A stretch of 64,000 bases of DNA from an uncultured Thermoleophilia bacterium (GTDB taxonomy: Bacteria > Actinomycetota > Thermoleophilia > UBA2241): assembly GCA_963762125.1 (NCBI GenBank), contig CAVXJO010000017.1:302329-366328 (forward strand), in the 5' to 3' direction. Made by a program: the position numbers and the translations under genes. The notes below the pieces were generated by a model. The model did not search any database. It was not told the DNA's origin and saw nothing but the letters and a program-made list of their open reading frames with translations. Positions 30,852 to 39,534 of this stretch are shown one piece after another. Position 1 is the stretch's first letter. Each line of letters opens with the position of its first letter.

Positions 30852-32434
30852 GAGCGGGTCTCCGCGGGCGCGCCCGTTCGCCGGCGCTCGCCGGCGGGAG
30901 CGGCTCCGTCGCCCGCCCCACTCTCCTTAGCCCGCTCCCTCGCCGCCAGCCGCGAGCGCGAGACGATGGCGAGCGCCAGCCCGTAGAGGATCCACATCGG
31001 CGCGAAGCTGACCGAGCTGCTCGGCCCCACAGAGCCTATCGACCAGCCGAGCAGAGCCAGCCAGGTCCCGCAGGCCAGGTACCGCGTGAGGGGGTCCGGG
31101 TCGTGCCGGGCGATCGGCCAGAGGGCGATCACCAGCAGCAGGAAGAAGACCAGGTGCAGCGCGAAGCCGACCAGTCCGCCGTCGGCGTAGGTCTCCAACC
31201 ACCAGTTGTGGAGGTTCGTGATCCCCAGGGCGTCGGTGCCGGCGCCGATGATGCCTTCGGCCTGGCCCGGTCCGGCGCCGACGAAGAACGTGCTGCCGGC
31301 GATCTGCAGGCCGCGTTCCGTGAGGCTGGAGCGGATCGCGCCCGAGCCCTTGTTGGCCTGGGCCTGGCTGAGCAGCGACTCCAGGCGGAACTGTCGCAGC
31401 ATGTCGTTGGAGCTGTTGTTGAAGAGCAGCCAGCCGGCGACCACGACGAGGCCGACGATGACGAACCCCATGGCGATCCTGCCGGTCCGGCTGGTGAGCT
31501 TGGGGCCCAGGTGCCAGAAGAGCACGACGGCGGCCAGCGACGAGATGCCGGCGGCGACCAGACTCGAGCGCGAGCCCGTGCGCACGAACGCCGCCGCACC
31601 GATGGCCATGAAGAGCAGGGTCAGCGCCAGCCAGCGCGGCTTCCGCGTGAAGAAGAACGCACAGAGCATGAAGGGCCAGCACATGACGATGTAGGTCGCC
31701 AGGTCGTTCTGGTTGTGGAAGACGCTGGTCACGGCGTAGGTCTGGGAGGTGACGGTCGTGAGGAGCCGCGAGGTCGGGAGGCGGATGCCAAGACGCGCCT
31801 CGAGGACGGTGAAGCCGACCACGAAGGCGTAGCCGAAAAGCATCGTGTAGCCGAACCAGAGGAGCCGCCGGCGGGTGCCGCCGGCCGCCGCCGTCGCCAG
31901 CAGGACGGCGGCCATCGTCACCACGATGGCGATGTAGTTGAACGCCGCCGGCTTGTCCGGCGACCACAGCGTGCCCAGCAGCAGCCAGGCGAACCACAGC
32001 ACCGCCGGCAGGGCGAGGTCCTTGGCGGCGAACGGCATCGGGTCGCGGCGCAGCAGCAAGTAGCCGATCCCCGCGTAGATCACGATGGCGAGGACGATGC
32101 GGAAGAGGAACGCCTGGGGCACGGCCGGCAGGGCGAAGGAGGGGCCGAGGAGGGCGAGCACCGGCAACGACACCAGCAGTGCGGTGAGCAGCGTGCCGAC
32201 GCGGGCGCGTGCGAGGCGCTCGCGGCCGAGGAGCACGGCCGCCGCGAGCGCCAGCACCACGAGCACGCCCGCGGCGGCGGCGGGCTGCCTGGTCGCCGCC
32301 GCGGCGACCACCGCGGTGAGGACGGCGCCGCCACCGAGCAATGCGGCGTCGCCGGCGGAGAAGTCGCCGCGCGCGGCCGGAACAGGCGGCCTCGCGGGCG
32401 CGCGTCCGGAGTCAGACGGGGAGCCGACGGTCAT
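30848..32434 (-). CDS. O-antigen ligase/Wzy-type polymerase (TuaE-like)
   Basis: Many TM helices; FHNQNDLATY, TGSRS, GAGPG, HNWWLE. Confidence 0.82.
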   Translation of the reverse strand: MTVGSPSDSGRAPARPPVPAARGDFSAGDAALLGGGAVLTAVVAAAATRQPAAAAGVLVVLALAAAVLLGRERLARARVGTLLTALLVSLPVLALLGPSFALPAVPQAFLFRIVLAIVIYAGIGYLLLRRDPMPFAAKDLALPAVLWFAWLLLGTLWSPDKPAAFNYIAIVVTMAAVLLATAAAGGTRRRLLWFGYTMLFGYAFVVGFTVLEARLGIRLPTSRLLTTVTSQTYAVTSVFHNQNDLATYIVMCWPFMLCAFFFTRKPRWLALTLLFMAIGAAAFVRTGSRSSLVAAGISSLAAVVLFWHLGPKLTSRTGRIAMGFVIVGLVVVAGWLLFNNSSNDMLRQFRLESLLSQAQANKGSGAIRSSLTERGLQIAGSTFFVGAGPGQAEGIIGAGTDALGITNLHNWWLETYADGGLVGFALHLVFFLLLVIALWPIARHDPDPLTRYLACGTWLALLGWSIGSVGPSSSVSFAPMWILYGLALAIVSRSRLAARERAKESGAGDGAAPAGERRRTGAPAETRS

Positions 32435-33651
32435 GCCGGCATCCTACCAGCGGGGTCCCAAGGGCCGGCGGCGTCGGGCCGGCCGGCCAGGCCGTCGAGA
32501 ATGGCGGCGAGCTCGGCGGTGAGGTGGCTGAGCTCGTAGCGTGAGAGCGCGGATGCGTCGGCCACCGGCGCCGTCCCTGCGCGCACGGCAGCCACGAAGG
32601 CTGCGAGCGGCTCGGCCATCGGGGCGTCGGGCAGCACGCAGGTGCCGCCTCCGGTCGCGGCGAAGAGCCCGCGCGCGGCGGACCCGGTCGGCGAGATGGC
32701 GAAGATCGGCCGGCCGGCCGGCAGGTACTCGAACACCTTGCTCGACATGCTCTCCGGCCGGCGCCCGTTGACCAGCAGCAGCGCGTGGGCGGCGCGCTGG
32801 TAGCCGAGCGCGACGGGCAACGGCACGAACGGCTCGACACGCACGCGGTCGCCGAGCCCGAGCCGGTCGACGTCGGGACGCACACGGCTCTCGTCGACGC
32901 CGACGAAGAGCGCCTTGACGTCCGCCGGCAGCGTCGCGAGCGCCTCGAGGAAGGCGGCCACCTGCTGCTCGCGGCCGTAAAGCCGGCCGGTGTGGACGAT
33001 CCAGAAGCCGTCGCCGAGGGAGACGTCGGCCGGCTGCTCGGCCCGGTCGAATCCGTTGGGGAGCACGTGCGCGCGGTCCGCCAGCCACGGGTGGCGCGCG
33101 ACGAGGTCGTCGACGATCGGCTGGTTGACCGCCGTCACGGCGGCGGCCCGGCCGAGCGCCCAGGCCTCGAGCTTCTCGTGCGAGGCTTTGTGCGCCGAGG
33201 TCGGATAGTGCCGGAACTGGTACGTCGACCACGGGTCCCTGTAGTCGGCAAGCCAGGGCACGTGGGCGTGGTCGGTGAGGACGGCGGCGACGAGGTGCGC
33301 GCTCGCCCGCGGCGAGCTGCTGAAGATGACGTCGAAGCGCTCGTGCTTGAAGATCTCGCGGCCTTTGAGGACGGCCGGCCCGACCCAGGCGAAGTAGGGG
33401 TCGGGCACCGCCACCCAGCGGTTCACGCGGGTGCTCCGGCGGCCGCCGCCGAGCAGTTGCCTCGGGTACGGCACGGCGGCTCGTGCGACGCGCACGCCCG
33501 CCGGCACCGCCGCCGATCCCGTCGCTGTCGCCGTCAGCACCGACGGCTCCCAGCCCTCATCCGGCAGGTGCCGCAGGAAGCGCACCACCCGGGTGGTGCC
33601 CGCGCTCGCCATGGGCGGGTACGGGTTGGCGACCACGAGCAGCTTCTTCAT
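32431..33651 (-). CDS. GT4 glycosyltransferase
   Basis: MKKLLVVANPYPP, PDPYFAW, ADYRDPW, PNGFD, HTGRLY, SKVFEY. Confidence 0.85.
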   Translation of the reverse strand: MKKLLVVANPYPPMASAGTTRVVRFLRHLPDEGWEPSVLTATATGSAAVPAGVRVARAAVPYPRQLLGGGRRSTRVNRWVAVPDPYFAWVGPAVLKGREIFKHERFDVIFSSSPRASAHLVAAVLTDHAHVPWLADYRDPWSTYQFRHYPTSAHKASHEKLEAWALGRAAAVTAVNQPIVDDLVARHPWLADRAHVLPNGFDRAEQPADVSLGDGFWIVHTGRLYGREQQVAAFLEALATLPADVKALFVGVDESRVRPDVDRLGLGDRVRVEPFVPLPVALGYQRAAHALLLVNGRRPESMSSKVFEYLPAGRPIFAISPTGSAARGLFAATGGGTCVLPDAPMAEPLAAFVAAVRAGTAPVADASALSRYELSHLTAELAAILDGLAGRPDAAGPWDPAGRMPA

Positions 33652-35363
33652 GTCTGTGTGCTCCCACCCTCGGCGATGTCGACCTCGAGCTCGATCTCGG
33701 TCTCTTCCAGCTCGGCCTCGATCTCGTCTTCTGAGAGTCCGGCGGCGACCGCTTCGCCGGCGCCGATCGTTCCGCCGGCTGCGCCGACGACTGCGGCCGC
33801 AGGGACGGCCGGGGCGACCGTCGCCACGGCCGGCTCCTTCCGGCGTCCCGTCAGCCGCCGCCCCAGTCTGCCGATCATCTTGCGTTCCTCGGGCGTCAAG
33901 AACCGCGCCGCCCAAAGGACGAGCGGGAAGACCAGGAGCGCCGGCGTCATCGCCAGCTGCCCGAGCAGCAGATCCCAGAGCGGCTCGTGCACTTCGACGC
34001 CGGCCGCCAGCCCGATCGCCCAGGCGGCGCCGAGCGTGAGGGCCGCCGCCACGCCGAGCGTGATCAGCCGCCGCCATTCGTACGGGATCGGATACCACTT
34101 GTTCGAGATGAAGAAGACGAGCACCGCGAGGATGCCGAAGCCGATCACCGTCGTCCACGCCGCCGCCCACATGCCGTACACGGGCACCAGCACGAAGTTG
34201 AGGCTGATGTTCACGGCCGAGGCGATCAGCGTGATCACCGGGACCAGACGGTTCTTCTTGGCCACGTTGCAGCCGATCCAGAAGATGAAGTACAGGTTGT
34301 AGAGGGCCACCGAGAGTGTGAGCACGAACGTCGTGGGCCCGATGGACCAGAAGTCCTCGGCGAGCAGCACGTGCACCACGGAGGGCAGATAGACGCCGAC
34401 CAGCACCAGCAGGACCGCGTTGATGGCCATGAAGTAGGTGGACGAGCGCGAGACCATGCGCTTGTGCAGTTCGGGCTCGTTCAGCTTTGCGTAGTGCCAC
34501 TGCGGCCAAGCCATGCGGAACGCCATGCCGACGATGTAGAGCGGCTGCGCCAGCGAGTTGGCGAGGGTGTAGAGGCCGACCTCGGCCTTGCCCTGGTAGT
34601 GCAGCAGAAAGAACCGGTCGCTCAGCTTGAGGAAGAAGAAGGAGACCGCGGTGAACATCGCCGGGATGGCGAACGCCAGCATGTCCCGCATGAGTTCCCG
34701 GTCCCACAGCCAGCGCAGCTTGGGGACGTAGATCGGCAGCGCTGCGAGGTTCAGCAGGATCGCGGTGAGCAGGTTGGCGCCCAGGTAGCCCTCCGGCCCG
34801 AGGTGGAACACGGCGAGGAAGACGACCGCCATCGGCACCTGGATGATGACGCGCGCGAGGGTGAACGAGGTGAAGGTCCAGGGCCGGTGTTCGAGACGCA
34901 GGAGCGTGAACGGGAGGTCGCTGAGGTTGGTGAAGAAGAGCGTCGCGACCCCGATGTCGAAGTAGATCGTGTAGCCGGGGCCGCCCATGATGAGCTCTGA
35001 GATCTGGGGCATGAAGGCGATGAGCGTGCCGAGCAGGATCGCCGGATAGAAGAAGTCGACGAAGAAGACATGGGTGATGACCTTGCCGCGGTTCTTCGGG
35101 TCCTTGTCGTCGAAGTAGAAGCGCGTGAAGGCGACGTCGAAGCCGAGGGTGACGAAGACGTCGAGAAAGGTCGTGACCGTCACGACCATACCGATGACGC
35201 CATAGTCGCTCTTGCTGAGGAACACCGTGAAGAGCGGCAGCATCAGCGCCGTGAGGAACTTCTGCATGGCGCGCCCGGCGCCGTAGATCACGGAATCCTT
35301 GAGAAGCAGCGAGTAGGCGTGGCTCTTGGGCTTGGCAGCCGAGCCCGTGCGTCGACGCGCCAG
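33648..35363 (-). CDS. Wzx-type oligosaccharide flippase (true start probably upstream of GTG 35291)
   Basis: LLKDSVIYG, LPLFT..LSKSDYG, SDRFFL, VGLYTLA, LVPVYGMWAAA; many TM helices. Confidence 0.85.
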   Translation of the reverse strand: MARRRTGSAAKPKSHAYSLLLKDSVIYGAGRAMQKFLTALMLPLFTVFLSKSDYGVIGMVVTVTTFLDVFVTLGFDVAFTRFYFDDKDPKNRGKVITHVFFVDFFYPAILLGTLIAFMPQISELIMGGPGYTIYFDIGVATLFFTNLSDLPFTLLRLEHRPWTFTSFTLARVIIQVPMAVVFLAVFHLGPEGYLGANLLTAILLNLAALPIYVPKLRWLWDRELMRDMLAFAIPAMFTAVSFFFLKLSDRFFLLHYQGKAEVGLYTLANSLAQPLYIVGMAFRMAWPQWHYAKLNEPELHKRMVSRSSTYFMAINAVLLVLVGVYLPSVVHVLLAEDFWSIGPTTFVLTLSVALYNLYFIFWIGCNVAKKNRLVPVITLIASAVNISLNFVLVPVYGMWAAAWTTVIGFGILAVLVFFISNKWYPIPYEWRRLITLGVAAALTLGAAWAIGLAAGVEVHEPLWDLLLGQLAMTPALLVFPLVLWAARFLTPEERKMIGRLGRRLTGRRKEPAVATVAPAVPAAAVVGAAGGTIGAGEAVAAGLSEDEIEAELEETEIELEVDIAEGGSTQT

Positions 35364-35558
35364 TAGCTTCGTGGTGCCTCCGGAGACTGGTGGTGCGGCC
35401 GGCCGCGAGGACGGCCGCCGGCCGTCGTTGCCGTGGTCCGCCGGATTCTACCATTCAGGCTCGGGAGCGACCCCCGGACGGGCGTACGGGTGCCGGAAGC
35501 GGACGCCCGGAGCGGGGTGTGCTCCGCCGAGCCGCTTGCGCCGGCTCGTCGGCGCCGC

Positions 35559-36680
35559 TCAGAGCCGGGCGGCGGAGAGGTCCTTGGGCAGTAGCTCGGC
35601 GTGCGCCTCGACGGCGGCCAGCTGCTCCGCCGCCAGCGGTGAGGAGCCGCGCCGCCGCGCCCGGGTCATCACCTCGGCGACCTTGAGGCCGGCGGCGTGG
35701 CGCGCGACCACGGCCTGCGGCAGCAGGTCGAAGACGCCGCCGGGGCCGCCGGCAGGCCGGCAGCGCAGGCCGGCGGCGCCGAGCGCGCGCAGGTCGCTCT
35801 CGGCGTCCACGCCTACCACGGCGAGGTGCGGCGCGGCCGCCGAGAGGCGCGCCGCGTCGGTGGGCGCGCCTGGTCCGATGCGGCGCTCGTCTGCATCGGC
35901 CGGGCAGAGCACGAGGGCGTCCGCCTCGGGCAGGCGCCCGGCGACGGCGTCGTCGCCCAGGGCGTCGCCGGCCTTCTCGCCGCCGTACAGCGCGATGCGC
36001 CCGGCCGTCTCCGGCGCCGCGACGAGCACGCGCGCACCCAGCCGGGCGAGCGCCTGCACGACGTAGGCGCAGGCCGGACCGTCGCCGGCGACGACGATGG
36101 TGCGCCCGGCGACCTCGACGCCGAGGTCGAGCAGCGCGGCCAGCACCGCGAGCGGGGCGTAGCGATGCAGCCCGACGGCCTCCTCGTCCAGCCCGGCCAC
36201 GGCGACGCCGTGTCGCCGGCAGGTGGCCACGTCCACGTCGCCGCCACGCCAGTGCGCCGCCCCGTGCATGAGCGCGACGGCGGCGGTATCGGCGACGTTG
36301 CGCGCGATCGACTCGTCGATGGGCCGCACGCCGGGCAGGTCGGTGACGACGTCCACAGCCGCGAGCGGCGCCTGCAGCCGCGTCGAGAGCAGCTGCACAC
36401 GCGCGCCGACGCGCGCCAGTTCGGCGAAGTACGCCGTCTGCTCCTCGGCCTCCTTGCGCGAGGCCGCGACCGTGTCGCGCCCGACGGCGAAGACCTCGTC
36501 GGCGCCGGCCAGCGCGGCGAGCACCGGCGTGATGCGGCGGTACCCGACGGAGGCCTCGGTGAGCACGCGCAGGCCCTTGAGGTCGAGGCGCGTGCTGTCG
36601 ATCGCGCGACGGATGAGGCGCACGATCTGCAGGCCGGGGAAGCGGTCGTCGCAGGCGAAGCGGTCGAGGTCGGCGGTCAT
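35559..36680 (-). CDS. Uncharacterised Rossmann-like protein (2-hydroxyacid dehydrogenase/SAH-hydrolase-like layout)
   Basis: RPIDE, VDVATCRRHGVAVAG and a degenerate TIVVAGDG nucleotide-binding strand; TAGGAT 6 nt before ATG. Confidence 0.6.
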   Translation of the reverse strand: MTADLDRFACDDRFPGLQIVRLIRRAIDSTRLDLKGLRVLTEASVGYRRITPVLAALAGADEVFAVGRDTVAASRKEAEEQTAYFAELARVGARVQLLSTRLQAPLAAVDVVTDLPGVRPIDESIARNVADTAAVALMHGAAHWRGGDVDVATCRRHGVAVAGLDEEAVGLHRYAPLAVLAALLDLGVEVAGRTIVVAGDGPACAYVVQALARLGARVLVAAPETAGRIALYGGEKAGDALGDDAVAGRLPEADALVLCPADADERRIGPGAPTDAARLSAAAPHLAVVGVDAESDLRALGAAGLRCRPAGGPGGVFDLLPQAVVARHAAGLKVAEVMTRARRRGSSPLAAEQLAAVEAHAELLPKDLSAARL

Positions 36681-36879
36681 GCCTCCATCCTACCTGCTGG
36701 AAGTGGCGTCGGAACCCGCCGGTCGTAGGCGGATGTCCCGGTCGGGCGCCCCCACGGACCCGCCGATGCGCGCCCGTCTCGTTCTGGGGCGCCACGCGGG
36801 ACGGCGCCCGACGCCGGGTCGGCGCAGGGCGCCCGTCCCGGCTATACTTGAGCTCCATGCCGGACGGTAGGAGAACCTC

Positions 36880-37857
36880 GTGATGGAGCGGGTCCACAGC
36901 AAGCCAGCCCAGGTCGTTCTCGCGGCTGCCTTTGTCGTGCTGCTGGCCGCCGCTCTTGCCGGCGCGTTCGCGCCGGCCGCCGCCGCGGCCCCGGACGCCG
37001 CACAGCTCGACGCCTTTCTCGCCCAGCACGGCTCGCCCATGACCGGCACCGGCGCCACCTTCATCGCCGAAGGCCAGATGTACGGGGTCGACCCTGTCTT
37101 CCTCGTCGCCATCGCCGGCGCCGAGACCAGCTTCGGCAGGCTCCTCTACTCGGAGAACGGCGACCAGTGCACGTACAACGCTTTCAACTGGTTCTACGGC
37201 CCCACGTGGCCGACCAGCGACTTCACCTCCTGGGGCGAGGGCATCGCCCGCGTCGCCGAGGGGCTCGGCGGCCCCCTCTACCACGGCGTCGGTCTCATCT
37301 CCGTGGACGCCATCGCGCCCAAGTACTGCCCCGACGGCACCGCGGAGTGGGTGGCCAACGTCAAGGCGTTCATGACCGCGCTCGGCGGCGACCCTTCGGA
37401 GACGCGCGTCGCGGTCGCGGGCGCGGTGCCCAGTCCGGCGCCTCCGTCGCCGTCCGCGGAACCGGGGCTGGTCGCGCTAAGCGGCTCCGTCAAGCTTGAC
37501 CACGGTGACCGCGAGGTCGGCCAGCGCATCTACGCCTGGTTCACGCTGAGCAACACCGGAGGGCAGTCGCTCGACCTGGAGGGCATCCGCCTCGCCATCC
37601 GCGGCCCCGGGCGGGTGGTGCGCGACCTGGTCTCCGACAAGCCGCTCACGCTTGCCCCCGGTCAGTCGATCGAGGTGTCGTCGTCGTGGCCACTCGACCT
37701 GGCCGGCCGCTGGCGCGGCTGGATCGAGGTCACGCGAGGCGGCACAGCGAGCCTCGTCGGCGACGAGCAGGCGTTCGGTTTCTGGGTCCACCTGCCGCGC
37801 GACTTCGAGCTGCGCCGCTGGGAGCAGCGCGACTCGACGATCAACCAGGCGCTCTGA
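36880..37857 (+). CDS. Secreted glucosaminidase/lysozyme-like protein with C-terminal Ig-like domain
   Basis: Signal peptide; LDAFL..HGSPM, YGVDPVFLVAIAGAETSFG, NAFNW, IAPKYCP; Pro/Ser linker; beta-rich tail. Confidence 0.72.
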   Translation: MMERVHSKPAQVVLAAAFVVLLAAALAGAFAPAAAAAPDAAQLDAFLAQHGSPMTGTGATFIAEGQMYGVDPVFLVAIAGAETSFGRLLYSENGDQCTYNAFNWFYGPTWPTSDFTSWGEGIARVAEGLGGPLYHGVGLISVDAIAPKYCPDGTAEWVANVKAFMTALGGDPSETRVAVAGAVPSPAPPSPSAEPGLVALSGSVKLDHGDREVGQRIYAWFTLSNTGGQSLDLEGIRLAIRGPGRVVRDLVSDKPLTLAPGQSIEVSSSWPLDLAGRWRGWIEVTRGGTASLVGDEQAFGFWVHLPRDFELRRWEQRDSTINQAL

Positions 37858-37905
37858 CGCCGGCGACCGGGCCGCGGCCCGGCCTCGTGGCCTTCTCCGC
37901 CTTCG

Positions 37906-39525
37906 TTACGGGGCGGCCTGCGGTGTGATCGCGTAGATCTCCACCATCCCGTTCGTGCCGACCAGCGTGACCTCGTGCGCGCGGCGCAGGTTGGTGAGGA
38001 TGCGGTTGCGGCGCCAGCGCAGGCCGCCGCTGCGCAGGATGCTCACGTAGTACGCCTTGTCTCCCAGCGCCGCGTTGCGCCAGGCGTCCTTGTCCGCGAG
38101 GAGTTGCTCCTGCTCGCCGGCGAAGACCTTGGCTTCCCTCGGCACGAACCACAGGAACCGCGGGAGCTCGCCCACGCCGACGTTGTCGACGATCACGGCG
38201 TCCGCGTCGGCGAGCCGCTGGAGCGGCATCCGGTCGGCGCCGCCGTAGAGCAGCGGCGCCGCGATTGTGGCGGGGATGAGCACCAGCAGGCAGAGGGCTG
38301 CGGTGAGCGCGTAGCGCAGCCGCGGCCAGATGCCGAAGAACAGCAGCGGCAGGAAGGCAAGGAACGGCCACGCCATGGCGAGGTACCGCGCGCTGATGCG
38401 CGGCGGCATGCTGAGGAAGAGCAGGTTCTGCAGGATGATCCCGCCGGCCGTGACCAGGGCGAAGAAGAAGATCGTCCACCAGCCTGGCCGGGCCGTCCGG
38501 ATGCGGCGCACGAGGATGCGGCGAGTGCGCGGGACCACGAACAACACCACGACGACGGCGATCGCCGCCCCCATGGCGATTCCAGGAACGGCGACGAACC
38601 GGCCGAGCGTCTGTGCGATGGCTCCAAGCTTCTCGAAGAACACCGTCATCGAGAAGCCATCGAGTTTGGAGCGCTCGCGGCCGAAGGCGCCACTCCAGCC
38701 CGGCGCGAGCAGGGCGGCGACGAGCGCGCCGGCGGCCAGGCCGAGCAGCGGCGGCCACCAGGGTCGCCGCCTGGTGTCCTGGCCGGGTAGGAGGACGCGG
38801 GCGAGGCCGTAGACGGCGCCGCCGGCGACCAGTAGCACCGCCTGGTAGTGCGTGAGCAACGCGGCGGCGGTGGCGGCGGCCAGCCAAAGGGCGTCGAGCC
38901 ACGGCCAGGCGCCGGGGCGCCGCCCGCGGCCACTTGGCTCGGGCTGCGGCGTGACCGTGCGTACCAGTCCCCAGACGAGGAGGACCGTCGTCAGAGCGAC
39001 GAGGTCGTACTGGCGGGTCAGCGACGAGATGCCGACCACCGCCGGACTCACCGCCCAGACGAGCGCTGCCAAAGCGCCCTCGAGCCGTTCGAATCCGAGG
39101 GCGCGGGCAAACCCGAATACGCCGAGGATGGTGAGCGCCGCGAAGACCAGATTGAGCGCTCGTCCCTTCCAGACGCTCTCGCCGGTGATGGCCAGCCAGC
39201 CGTGCAGCAGGCCGAAGTAGAGCGGCGGGTGGACGTCGTAGGCGGCGAGGTCCGGAGCGATCCGGCTCACGCCGCTGAGGCCGTCCGACTGCCAGAAGTA
39301 CCGCCACTCGCTCGCCGGCACCCAGCGTCCGGTGAGGCCGCCGTCCATCGCGGCCAGGAACGGGCCGAGCCGGCCGGCGGCACTCGCGTACGACCACGCC
39401 TCGTCGTGCTGCACGTTGGGGTTCGCCCGCTGGGCGTGGATGCGGAGACCGGCCCCGGCCGTGAGAGCAATCACGAGCACCACGAACGCGATGAGGTTCA
39501 GGCGGCGGGAGTGAGCGTGACCCAC
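37906..39525 (-). CDS. GT-C (PMT/ArnT-like) membrane glycosyltransferase
   Basis: HDEAWSY (DE motif), DVHPPLYF, RQY, LTHY; many TM helices. Confidence 0.8.
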   Translation of the reverse strand: MGHAHSRRLNLIAFVVLVIALTAGAGLRIHAQRANPNVQHDEAWSYASAAGRLGPFLAAMDGGLTGRWVPASEWRYFWQSDGLSGVSRIAPDLAAYDVHPPLYFGLLHGWLAITGESVWKGRALNLVFAALTILGVFGFARALGFERLEGALAALVWAVSPAVVGISSLTRQYDLVALTTVLLVWGLVRTVTPQPEPSGRGRRPGAWPWLDALWLAAATAAALLTHYQAVLLVAGGAVYGLARVLLPGQDTRRRPWWPPLLGLAAGALVAALLAPGWSGAFGRERSKLDGFSMTVFFEKLGAIAQTLGRFVAVPGIAMGAAIAVVVVLFVVPRTRRILVRRIRTARPGWWTIFFFALVTAGGIILQNLLFLSMPPRISARYLAMAWPFLAFLPLLFFGIWPRLRYALTAALCLLVLIPATIAAPLLYGGADRMPLQRLADADAVIVDNVGVGELPRFLWFVPREAKVFAGEQEQLLADKDAWRNAALGDKAYYVSILRSGGLRWRRNRILTNLRRAHEVTLVGTNGMVEIYAITPQAAP

Positions 39526-39534
39526 CTCAGCCTC

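Noticed and set aside
24632-35454. Apparent giant proteins of 772, 930, 749 and 1007 aa
   Set aside because: Their N-terminal parts are off-frame read-through of upstream genes; real starts are at 25771, 27237, 28448 and 33651, each overlapping the previous stop.
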